Source: Octopus sinensis (taxonomy: Eukaryota). Taken from it: a stretch of DNA of 36,042 bases. Position numbers and translations under genes: made by a program. Positions within the stretch are counted from its first letter, which is position 1; each line of letters begins with the position of its first letter. Below are positions 23,546 to 34,404 of this stretch, piece by piece. The notes below the pieces were generated by a model. That model did not search any database. It was not told where the DNA came from and saw nothing but the letters and a program-made list of their open reading frames with translations. The stretch lies in contig NW_021826225.1 in assembly GCF_006345805.1 (NCBI RefSeq), forward strand, positions 1 through 36,042, in the 5' to 3' direction.

Positions 23546-23694
23546 TTATTGTTGTTGTTGTTTCAAAGAGGGGGAGTAGAGCCCGATGAGTTCTATGACT
23601 GAGTGTGTTGGAGTGGGGGGTGTTTCTGACTCCGTGGATCCTGTCATGAGAGCCAGGAAGACGGGCATTTGACAATGAAGGAGGAGAGAGAAAG

Positions 23695-23755
23695 AGGCTG
23701 AAGAGGAGGAGGAGGAGGGGGAGGAGGGGAAGAGGGACGGTGAAGATGATGGCCT

Positions 23756-23802
<47 letters not shown>

Positions 23803-23911
23803 GTGATGATGATGGTGATGATGGTGGTGATGCTGATGATGATGATGATGATGATGATGGTGATGGTGATAATGATGATGATGGTGATGGTGATGATGGT
23901 GATGATGATGG

Positions 23912-23945
<34 letters not shown>
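23695..23945. repeat. (GAG)n then (GAT/GGT)n microsatellite
   Basis: Directly visible. Confidence 0.9.
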
Positions 23946-24252
23946 TGGGCACAACATATTGGCGTTAACACCACTTGATAGGTTGTTCTATGCTAGGAAG
24001 ACAAACACATCTACCAGTGTGCCCGCCATCACCACGACCACCACCACCGAGTGTTTCCTCATAACTTCCAGAAAATGGATATTTTATAATAAGAAACGCT
24101 TCAGATGGTGTCAATTTCGATCATGTCCGAATCTGTTGAGAAGCAAAGTTTCTGGAGAGAAATAAGAGTTTCGGAAAATTTACACGAGTCGCTTTTATTT
24201 CCTCATAACTTTCAGAAAAACAGGTAATTTTTAGTGAAATTTTCTACAGATA

Positions 24253-24644
24253 GGCATAGGAGTGGCTGTGTGGTAAGTAGGTTGCATACCAACCACATGG
24301 TTCCGGGTTCAATCCCACTGCTTGGCACCATGGGCAAGTGTCTTCTACTATAGCCTCGGGCCGACCAAAGCCTTGTGAGTGGATTTGGTAGACGGAAACT
24401 GAAAGAAGCTTCTCGTATATATATGTGTGTGTGTTTGTGTGTCTATGTTTGACCCCCCCCCCCAACATCGCTTGACAACCGATGCTGGTGTGTTTACATC
24501 CACGTAACTTAGCAGTTCGGCAAAAGAGAACCAATAGAATAAGTACTAGGCTTACAAAGAATAAGTCCTAGGGTTGATTTGCTCGAGTAAAAGGCGGTGC
24601 TCCAGCATGGCCACAGTCTGAATGACTGAAACAAGTAAAAGAGT
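24253..24644 (+). mobile_element. tRNA-derived SINE, family A, full length
   Basis: ggcataggagtggctgtgtggtaag...ggttccgggttcaatccca (A/B-box-like), with high similarity to the 3224-3672 copy. Confidence 0.85.
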
Positions 24645-24965
24645 CAAATATTTTTCAGATTGTGTAAATTACGATTTTATCACATTTGAATACAAAAACC
24701 CAAAACTGGCTCGCGCGCGCACGTATATATAAGTGACGTGTGCCAGAAGGGATGTATGCGAACGTACGGGATTTATTCTTCACATTATATCCCGATATAA
24801 TCGTAATCCAATATAATCCGATATAATCCTAATCTACACACTCGGGAAGATGTTTAAAGAAGATTTCACTCATCTTTCTGGAATCTGTGAGTAAAGAAAT
24901 CTGTCACGTGTAAATTCTCCGAAACTCCCCACACCCCCCTCGGATAAAATTTGTGCGTGTGCGTG

Positions 24966-25190
24966 TGTGGCTCAATGGTTAGGCTCGCGATCGTAGTTCC
25001 TGAGTTCGATTCTCGGGGGCGCGTTGTGTCCTTCAGCAAGATCTTTTGCTTCACATTGCTCCAGTTCACTCAGCCAGTAAAAAATTAGTTGTACCTGTAA
25101 TTCAGAGGGGCCAGCCTCATCGCATTAAGGGTACGCATACCTGCGGAATATTCAGCTACTTGCACATTTATTTCACGAAAAGGCTACTTT
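24966..25190 (+). mobile_element. SINE with a family-B-like head and core
   Basis: gtggctcaatggttag...gagttcgattc...cttcagcaaga...ttcacattgctccagttcactcagc. Confidence 0.65.
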
Positions 25191-25231
25191 ATTGAGTGGA
25201 TCAACATCAACTGGAATTTGTGTCGTCGCCG

Positions 25232-25279
<48 letters not shown>

Positions 25280-25438
25280 GTATATATATATATATATTAT
25301 GTATATATATATATAATTATATATATATATATATAATATATATATTATGTATATATATATATATTATGTGTATATATATAATATATTATATATATATATA
25401 TATATATCTATTAGTATATATATATATTATGTATTATT

Positions 25439-25475
<37 letters not shown>

Positions 25476-26248
25476 TATATATATATATATATAATTAGGT
25501 GTGTATTATGTATGTATATATATATATATATATACATGTGTGTGCGTGTGTACACACACACAAGCACATACTCAGTACCAACATGCACAGAACGTACACG
25601 CACACACATACACACCACCCGGATAAACCCAACACACACAGAACCCCTGATAAATACAACACACACATATGTGCACCCTCACACACACACACACACCTCT
25701 ACCAGGAGAATTATAACAGCACAAACATACTCAGACACACACACTCACGTAGATACACACACTCACGTACACACTCACGTACATACACATTACATCCCCA
25801 CAACACAAAACACACAAACATACACACGCACACACACAGGCGCACACATACACACACATGCTACACACAACACCTTGACAAATTCTAATCACACGCATGC
25901 ACATACACACAGACGTGTCCACATATACACACACACCATCCTACCAAATATAAAACACAAGCACATGTATATATATACACGCACATAGAGACATGTACAG
26001 AGAGACACACACACTCACACCATTCTGAACTCTAAGACCAGTCCCCAAAATCCTGACTAGCCCAGAAACAAGAAATCCTCTTGGTTCCACATTGCTCTTC
26101 CTTCCCTACCACAACCAACCTCCCACACTGTCCCTTAAAATAGCAAAAATTCCTTAGCTACACACAAAATAAAATGCCAGAAAGACAGATCAGTTATTCC
26201 TCTACAATTCTTTTGTAAATATATCCTTCTGTGTATTATACACAGAAG

Positions 26249-26294
<46 letters not shown>

Positions 26295-26394
26295 TATATA
26301 TAATATATATATACTACCAAACAAAACATCATTTTAGGCGTTCAGGCAAGTATACTGGCATTGATGTGGCAACATTTGAAATATTGTCTAGGTA

Positions 26395-26467
26395 AATGCA
26401 GCTGATGAAGACTAATCAAATTTACGTTGTCAAACGTATTTGAAGAATCAGAAACCGATCCTGCATT
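26395..26467 (+). ncRNA. Hammerhead-like motif with a long stem II
   Basis: aatgcag-CTGATGA-(hairpin tcaaat/atttga and acgtt/aacgt)-GAAAC-cg-ATC-ctgcatt. Seven-bp stem I; the G16.2 to A change breaks stem III. Confidence 0.55.
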
Positions 26468-26865
26468 ATCCGATTCTAGGTTGTCCATTTATCGAATGTT
26501 TTTTCTAGAGGTAAGACAAATTTTTCATGTTTGTTGCACACACGCGTCTTTGCTAGTAAATAGGCAGTGAAGCTATACAATAGCGTCGTATTCATATCGA
26601 TTGGTATTTTCCAGTAAATATTGGTGCCTTGTTGTACCATTTATCTACTTTTATATATATAATTCTACCCTTTTGGGGCTTTATTTTACTGGAAAGTAAT
26701 ACATTTGTATTGCATTATTATTTTCATCTTATATTTATATTATTTATATTTATATTATTATGTATATGTATATGTGTGTATATATATAAGGATATGAGTA
26801 TATATGCACTCATATTTATATTTATATGTAAATGATTTTTGGGTATGTACTCATACTTACATTAG

Positions 26866-26970
26866 AATCTCCGAAGAGGCAGTAAGATATTTTTGTTAAT
26901 GTCTCATTTATACCTGCAATATAGGTTAAATGAGACATACCTATCTGCATGGCCGAAACAGCTGTCAGTT
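26866..26970 (+). ncRNA. Hammerhead motif with a very long stem II, U4C variant
   Basis: aatct-CCGAAGA-GGC...(perfect 12-bp atgtctcattta/taaatgagacat)...GGCC-GAAAC-agct-GTC-agtt. Stem I is partly decayed. Confidence 0.6.
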
Positions 26971-27157
26971 ATAATGTATATGTATTTTTATATCTTGTTA
27001 TATTTATTTAGTTATATCTCATTATATTGTTTGTAATAGTTGTACTGTATTAATGTCTAATCTTAATGCTCTTGTGTAGTGTTTTAATAAAGTATATGAT
27101 TCGGTATTATCTGATAGTTGATGAATGATTTAGATATATTTCTCCATTTTCTTATTT

Positions 27158-27191
<34 letters not shown>

Positions 27192-27234
27192 TTCGTAAGT
27201 ATGTGTGTGTGTGTACACATTCTTTTCTCTCATT

Positions 27235-27272
27235 CTTTTCTGTAGAAGAGCGTAGGCTCGAAACGTTAAAGG
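27235..27272 (+). ncRNA. Hammerhead-like motif, A6U variant
   Basis: ctttt-CTGTAGA-A-GAGC gtag GCTC-GAAAC-GTT-aaagg. Five-bp stem I including one G-U pair. Confidence 0.55.
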
Positions 27273-27454
27273 CTTTTTCAATTTTGCTCTGACCGTCAAA
27301 CCTTATGTACTGTTCCCTTAACTGTCACCGTCTCTGTTTACCGTATTTTCATTGAATTTTAGATTACACACACATATACATATGTATACATGCACACACC
27401 ACACACGCGCGCGCACGCACAGATACATTCAATATTTTCTCTGTTATCTTGCAG

Positions 27455-27673
27455 TGGTTTCCTTATACTATGAATCTCGGAGTACTTAGAGGAAATTCCT
27501 GGAACCATGGATCACGGACAACGTATTTTGGATTACATGATGCTTTATGGATTATTGGCAAAAAAATTTCTCTCTCACGCTCCGTATGTATGTGTGTAAT
27601 ATATAAATATAATATATATATATATATATATAATATATATATATATATCTATATATATAATTGTGGTTCGTAA
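27455..27673 (+). CDS. Calpain terminal exon, upstream duplicate (frameshifted relative to the downstream copy)
   Basis: atcttgcag|TGG TTT CCT TAT ACT ATG AAT CTC. Lacks one C relative to the 27932 copy, so it reads on into microsatellite until 27673. Possibly an assembly artefact. Confidence 0.35.
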   Translation, partial: WFPYTMNLGVLRGNSWNHGSRTTYFGLHDALWIIGKKISLSRSVCMCVIYKYNIYIYIYNIYIYIYIYNCGS

Positions 27674-27709
27674 GTATGTGTGTGTGTGTACACATTCTTT
27701 TCTCTCATT

Positions 27710-27747
27710 CTTTTCTGTAGAAGAGCGTAGGCTCGAAACGTTAAAGG
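27710..27747 (+). ncRNA. Hammerhead-like motif, A6U variant (second copy, inside the tandem duplication)
   Basis: Identical to 27235-27272. Confidence 0.5.
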
Positions 27748-27931
27748 CTTTTTCAATTTTGCTCTGACCGTCAAACCTTATGTACTGTTCCCTTAACTGT
27801 CACCGTCTCTGTTTACCGTATTTTCATTGAATTTTAGATTACACACACATATACATATGTATACATGCACACACACACACACGCGCGCGCACGCACAGAT
27901 ACATTCAATATTTTCTCTGTTTATCTTGCAG

Positions 27932-27967
27932 TGGTTTCCTTATACTATGAATCCTCGGAGTACTTAG
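27932..27967 (+). CDS. Calpain terminal coding exon WFPYTMNPRST*
   Basis: ttatcttgcag|TGG...ACT TAG. Phase 0, begins with the conserved Trp of the calpain C-terminus (xWLxxxxx*). Confidence 0.75.
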   Translation, partial: WFPYTMNPRST

Positions 27968-28076
27968 AGGAAATTCCTGGAACCATGGATCACGTGACAA
28001 CGTATTTTGGATTACATGACTGCTTTATGGATTATTGGCCAAAAAATTTCTCTCTCACGCTCCGTATGTATGTGTG

Positions 28077-28151
<75 letters not shown>

Positions 28152-28249
28152 TTTTTTTCAGCAATATAAATGGTTCCTATCGAAATTTCTCCGAGAAGCT
28201 CTTTTGATAACCGAAACCATCCGAATGTTATGCAAAAATGAAAAAGTTA

Positions 28250-28255
28250 AATAAA
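28250..28255 (+). promoter_or_regulatory. Candidate poly(A) signal of the calpain gene
   Basis: AATAAA about 280 nt downstream of the stop at 27967. Confidence 0.35.
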
Positions 28256-28821
28256 CTATGTAACCGCTGTTCAATCGCTTTTTCCTCGTCAAATTTTTGC
28301 CTTCACTATGTGTGTATGTGTGTGTAGATAAACGTTGCTATGTGTAGATAGGGTTGACTCTCTGGTTAAGAATCGTATGGTTTCAGTTCGATCTAACTGG
28401 TCAGTACTTTTCCGGAGCCAGTGGTGGTCAATACCCGTCTGGTTTTGATGTGCAGGCTGTGTATCTCATTGAGTGTCCAGTCCAATATCCCAAATGTTGG
28501 CTCTATCACTGGTACCGCAAAACCATTGTCAAATATGGTCTTGCTAAATGCAGACGGCTCTGAGTTCTATATCTTCTGCAATCTACAGAAATACGCATTA
28601 GTTATTCTGTTTTTAGTCACATCACCAATGCATTCCGAAGTTCTTGTAGCTTGTACGTATGCATTTATGTATGTATGTATGTGTGTATGTATGTATGTAT
28701 GTGTGTGTGTATGTATTTATGTATGTATGTATGTATGTATGTATGTATGTTTGTATATATGTATGTGTGTATGTATGTATGTATGTATGTATGTATGTAT
28801 GTATGTATGTATGTATGTATG

Positions 28822-28942
28822 AAATAAAGAAATAGCTTTCTAACAAAAACTAAAGATTGTCAAAATATAATAATGGCGCAAAATGAGCAGCAGTCAAAGT
28901 TTACCATAAACCTTACTACAAATTTCGTTCTTGACGACCTAA
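28822..28942 (-). mobile_element. Isolated mariner end with a TIR similar to 11956
   Basis: The reverse complement of 28915-28942 reads ttaggtcgtcaagaacgaaatttgtagt, versus ttaggtcgtcaagcatgaactttgtagt at 11956. Confidence 0.6.
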
Positions 28943-29433
28943 CATTACTGTTTTGCACCATTGATGATAAGACTGAGAACTTGCCATGTTGGCGGTGTCT
29001 GCGAAAGCTGCGGAGAATATAGGGCCGAGAGCCAACAAAACGATAGAGAGTGGACATAAAAAATGGAATAAATGTAATTTAAGATGGACCAAGACGAAAC
29101 AAACCAGAAACTAGCAAAAACTAGCCTTGGAGCCAAAAGACAAGAATGGTCGGTAAGGCTTTGAAGGAATCCTAAAGGATTGGAAAGCAACAAACAGCAA
29201 GTCAGCGGGACACAGGAAATCCAGGACCGGTCAACTATGCAACTGGTGTGGAAAAGGGAGAAAAAGAAGAGCTGTCCGTGGGTCACGTGTCAGCAACAGG
29301 CAGATGGAAAAGTGAGCAAGAGAGAGAGAGAGAGAGAGAGAGAGAACAAGGGGAGGGCTGAAGGGGAAAGGAGAAAGGCTAGAAAGAGAGTAGCACAGAT
29401 AGATAAAAACCGGGGTGCGTTGTGTTATATATC

Positions 29434-29492
<59 letters not shown>

Positions 29493-29514
29493 TATACATA
29501 CATATATATAATAT

Positions 29515-29549
<35 letters not shown>

Positions 29550-29666
29550 ATATATTATATATATATATATATTAGATATACATACATATATATATATATA
29601 CATACATACATATATATATATGTCATATATATATATGTCATAATTTGACACTGAATTATTGGAAGT

Positions 29667-29709
29667 CCACCTGAAGATTGTCGATCAAGACAAGGAACGA
29701 TTGTAGTGG
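29667..29709 (+). ncRNA. Hammerhead motif with a single core change (A13G)
   Basis: ccac-CTGAAGA-TTGTC gatcaa GACAA-GGAAC-gatt-GTA-gtgg. All three stems pair. Confidence 0.6.
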
Positions 29710-29796
29710 CGGCTTTTTTGACTATTTATTAAAATTTTATGTATTGATTAAGTCTTTCCTTGTTTGTTTTGCAAAATAGTGGTTTTGTCTCTAATA

Positions 29797-29845
<49 letters not shown>

Positions 29846-30616
29846 TATATAGGTTCGTTCCGATTCGTCGTTTCGGTCCACTTCTTGGTTCCTTTTTTTT
29901 ATATTATTACATATTATATATATATATAATATATATATATATATATTATATATGCCATATGTGTATTGTATCTAGTGTGTGACTTCCTCTTGTAAAGAAA
30001 GCAGTTACCGCGTGAGGGTCTCTCCTTCGGCTGTTATGTAATTGCTACATTAAGTTTCTTTCGGTACGGAGGAGATACCACAATTTTCCAGGGAGGTAAC
30101 TGTGGCGTGGTGGTCTGCTATCTACCTTTGTATTTAGATGTGGTTACTTCCCTTACGTTGCTTGCGAGTTATGATGCTTCCTTGACTGTGTTTCGCATAT
30201 TTTCCGATAGATGGAGCACCCGACAATAAACCGCCATGACAGCTTCCCACAAACCGCGTTACGGAAGTATATCAGCACATAAATATCTTGCCATAACGTG
30301 GGTCTCCGCCACGCGAAGACATAAATGATTTAAAACTTTTCATCATTGAAGTAAATCGTGAGTGGTTTCACGTTGCGGATTTCAAGTTGAGGCAATTATA
30401 TTATTGACGCAATGATTCCGTAACGCAGGGTTCAAGCTGTGTTTTGTAACATCTGTCACGCACAGATGAGTCCTGTTGATCTGAGTTCCAACCAGTTTTC
30501 AATGCGCATGCGTCCTGCAAGTGACGTCAGACTATCCCACAGTAAACACGTGACGGTTGGTCATATTGCTTTGTGGTTGAGTGGACAACAGAAATATGAA
30601 ACGGAGAGAGAAGCAG

Positions 30617-31320
30617 AGCGTGTGACACGATGAGAGGGAGAGAGAGAGAGAGCGTGACACGTTGAGAGGGAGAGAGAGAGAGAGAGAGAGCGTGTGACAC
30701 GGTGAGAGAGAGAGAGAGAGAGCGTGTGACACGGTGAGAGAGAGAGAGAGAGCGTGTGACACGGTGAGAAGAAGAGAGAGAGAGAGCATGTGACACGGTG
30801 ACAGGGAGAGAGAGAGAGCGTGTGACACGGTGAGAGGAAGAGATAGAGAGAGAGGGAGAGAGAGAGTGTGTGTGTGTGTGTGTGGCTCAGTATGTGTGGC
30901 AGAGTGTGTGTGACACGGTGAGAGGGAGAGAGAGTGTATGTGACACGGTGAGAGGGAGAGAGAGTGTGTGTATGGCACAGTATGTGTGGAAGAGGATGTG
31001 TGACACGGTGCGTGACGCAGTCCGTGACAATATGTATTGCACAGAGTGTGTGACACAAGCTGTAACAATGTTTTATGACAGAATATGTGGAATAATGTGT
31101 GACATAATGTGATACACAGTGTGTCTCAGTCTGACACACAGTGTGTGATATTGTGGGGAAATGTGTGTGACACGGAGTACATAACAGTGTGTGTGTGGAG
31201 CAATGTATGATGCAATGTGTGTGATACAGTGTGCGGCACAATGTGTAACGCACCATATGTAACAAGGTGTGTGTGACACAGAGTCCGTGACACAATGACT
31301 GATGTGTGACGCATTGTGAC
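30617..31320. repeat. Minisatellite with core GTGTGACACGGTGAG plus (GA)n, decaying rightwards
   Basis: About 10 recognisable units of ~30 bp, then degenerate GTGTGACAC motifs. Confidence 0.85.
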
Positions 31321-31379
31321 TGATGAATCGTGCGGTACTCCGTCTTGAGAGAGTCACTGGGCTTGACCCCTACCCACCC

Positions 31380-31554
31380 CTAACCGAGCACCACCACCAA
31401 CGAGAATATCAAAAAGGTCCAGCCCCTTCCGAGGACAGATGGAACGGAAACAGGTGAGCCAGATTGTCGGCAGAACAAGTTCCAGCGGGTCGAACATGTT
31501 CGAATTGTTGAGGGACATCGAAAAGGTTGAAAGAAACCGTATAGAATTGTGGCT
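31380..31554 (-). CDS. Candidate exon in a unique GC-balanced island
   Basis: Minus-strand acceptor ctgtccccggacag|A. One frame gives ATILYGFFQPFRCPSTIRTCSTRWNLFCRQSGSPVSVPSVLGRGWTFLIFSLVVVLG*, but all three frames are open, so the frame is uncertain. Confidence 0.2.
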
Positions 31555-31782
31555 CTGTCCGGGGACAGTGGCGGGATAACAATGGTAGGGAATTTGGGTG
31601 GACACGGAAGAAAAGGGTGCAATCGAGGCGAAGTATGGAAGCCGTGGGAGAGCATCCATGACGGGAAAGACAGACAGACAGACAGAAGCAGATGGACAGA
31701 GAAATGGGGGTGGTTAGTAAAAAAGAGAGAAAGGGAAATGAGAAAGAGGGACACATAGAAGGTGCAGGGAATGGGACGAGAG

Positions 31783-31818
<36 letters not shown>

Positions 31819-31835
31819 AGAGAGAGGAGAGAGAG

Positions 31836-31878
<43 letters not shown>

Positions 31879-32119
31879 AGAAACAATAGAAGGGACATAA
31901 CCAAGGATCACCTCCAAGTGGTTATAGAGTGCGTTGAAAGAGTTCCTTCCCTGGAAACGTAGACTCGTTTTCTGCGTTGGTGAACGTTTCATTCTTTGAT
32001 CGCCTCCCTCTCTCTCTCACTCATTCTTTGTCTCTCTTTCTTTCTCCTTTCTCTCTCTCTCTCTCTCTCATTGTCTCTCTCTATCTTCACTTACGCATGC
32101 ACTATCACAAACACCAAAC

Positions 32120-32970
32120 CACTCGCCACCACCACCACCACCACCAATACTACCACCGTAACCATAAGCGTCATGGCCACTACCACCATCACAACAACCG
32201 CAACCACATCACAGAAACCACCACCACCACCACCACCGCCACCACCACCACCACCACCACCACCACCACCGCCACCACCACCACCACCACCACCACCGCC
32301 ACCACCACAACCACCACCACCACACCACACAACCACCACCACACCACAACCACCACACCACCACCACCACCACCAACACCATCACCACCACCACCACACA
32401 ACACCCTCACTATTATTGCCACACCACAACAACCCCACCACCACCCCAACCCACCACACCACCACCAACCACCACCAACACTCACCACCACCACCACCAA
32501 CACCCTCACTATTTGCCACCCACCCACAACCACCACCACCACCACAACCCACCACAACCACCACCACCACCACCACCCCATCCACCACCACCACTACCAC
32601 CACCACCGCCACCACCATCACCACCACCACCACCACCACAACACCACCACCACCATCACCAACACCCACCACCACACCACCACCACCACACCCCACCACC
32701 ACCACCACCGCCACCACCACCACCACCACTGTATCACTGCTACAACAACGACCGAACCACATTACCATGCCAACACTATATTACCTTGTAACACTACCAC
32801 CGCAACCACCACCGCCGCCGCCGCAGCCACTTCTGCAGCACCTGACACAGCCTCTACTACAACAGCAGCTGTAGCACCTCCAAACCTTTTAACACACTTC
32901 CACCACAACAACACAAATAAAAAAAACCATAGACACCACCGCCGCATCGTTACTACCACCCACCACCACC

Positions 32971-33003
<33 letters not shown>

Positions 33004-33345
33004 AGCGCCAGCAACAACTGAAACGTCAACAACTACTAATACTACTATTACTACTACTACTACTATTACTACTACTACTAATAGTATTACTACTACTACT
33101 ACTACTACTACTATTACTACTACTACCACTACTACTTTTACTACTACTACTACTACTACTACTACAACTACTGTTACTACTACTACTACTACTACTACTA
33201 CTACCACTACTACTACAACAGCTACTACTACTACTACTACAACAACTACTGTTACTACTACTACTACTACTACTACTACTACCACTACTACTACAACTAC
33301 TGTTACTACTGCTGCTGCTGCTACTACTAGCAACATCATCAGAAG
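32120..33345. repeat. (CCA)n low-complexity tract followed by (ACA)n and (ACT)n
   Basis: Directly visible. Confidence 0.92.
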
Positions 33346-33400
33346 TCGCACCATCGTCAGTAACAACAGCAGCAACAACAGCAAGAAGACTGTGCAATCA

Positions 33401-33528
33401 ACCCCCGTCGCCCCACCCCCGTCGCCCCACCCCGTATTCGCCCCCCCCCCGTCGCCCCACCCCCGTCGCCCCACCCCCGTCGCCCCACCCCCGTCGCCCC
33501 ACCCCCGTCGCCCCACCCCCGCCGCCCC
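33401..33528. repeat. 14-bp GC-rich minisatellite (GTCGCCCCACCCCC)n, ~8 copies
   Basis: Directly visible; one unit is degenerate. Confidence 0.92.
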
Positions 33529-33939
33529 GCAAGCATCACACCTCTCAGATCAATAACCAATCAATTGCGCAAAAAGCAATTAAACGCCAGCCATCATTAT
33601 TGTATTGATCCGTTACATCTTGATTGATTTGGGAAGAGGATGTAACCTGATGGCGTGAGTATATATGATGCAGAGCACACTTTGGCCACACACACACACT
33701 AGGATGTATATGTGTGTGTGTGTGTGTGTGTATGCGTGTATGTTTGCACATACATACATGCATACATACGCACATAAGTGTGTGTATATACATTTATGTA
33801 CATATGCTTACATATGCATGATTACATATGCATGTGTGTATGTATGTGTGTGTGTATGTATACATGTATGTATATATGTATATATGTATGTATATATGTA
33901 ATATATGTATGTATATGTAATATATATATACATATATGT

Positions 33940-33982
<43 letters not shown>

Positions 33983-34404
33983 TATATGTATACATATATA
34001 CATACATGTATATATATATACATACATTTATGTATATATATATATATATGTATATATGCATATATACATATATGAATATATGTGTGTGTACGTGCGTGTG
34101 TGTGTGTGTGTATGTATATATATGTGTATGTATGTTTGTGTGTGTATGTGTGCTGTGTGTGTATGTATGTATGTCAAAGCTGGATATTGGAAAACATTTT
34201 GGAATTGTTTATTCACCATTACACATGTTTCATTGTGTAATAGGAGTTACAAAAACTGTGCAAATATGTAAGATATTCCCTTTTCAGAAAGAGAATCTCT
34301 GACAGGAGACATCATGTGTTTTCCTGCATATGTGACTCCTATCAGCAAATGGAACATGTGTAATGCTCAATAAACAATACCAGTTTATTTTTTTTGACAT
34401 ATAA

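Larger units (their letters stand above)
27189..28150 (+). repeat. ~475-bp tandem duplication containing the calpain last exon
   Basis: tggttcgtaagtatgtg starts at 27189 and again at 27664. Units are bounded by (TA)n. Confidence 0.95.

Noticed and set aside
23560-23690. Nested exon in the unique island between microsatellites
   Set aside because: No convincing acceptor/donor pair or recognisable protein on either strand.
11956-28942. A single 17-kb mariner that captured calpain exons
   Set aside because: The exons between the TIRs are collinear and in phase with exons outside them, so two independent insertions are more parsimonious.
30617-31070. CRISPR-like repeat-spacer array
   Set aside because: The spacers are (GA)n/(GT)n low-complexity sequence and the context is eukaryotic; it is a minisatellite.
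460-34302. The many YI/HT/VCM/SIYL/poly-amino-acid ORFs in the track
   Set aside because: They are translations of (TA)n, (CA)n, (TATG)n, (GATA)n, (AAT)n and (CCA)n microsatellites.
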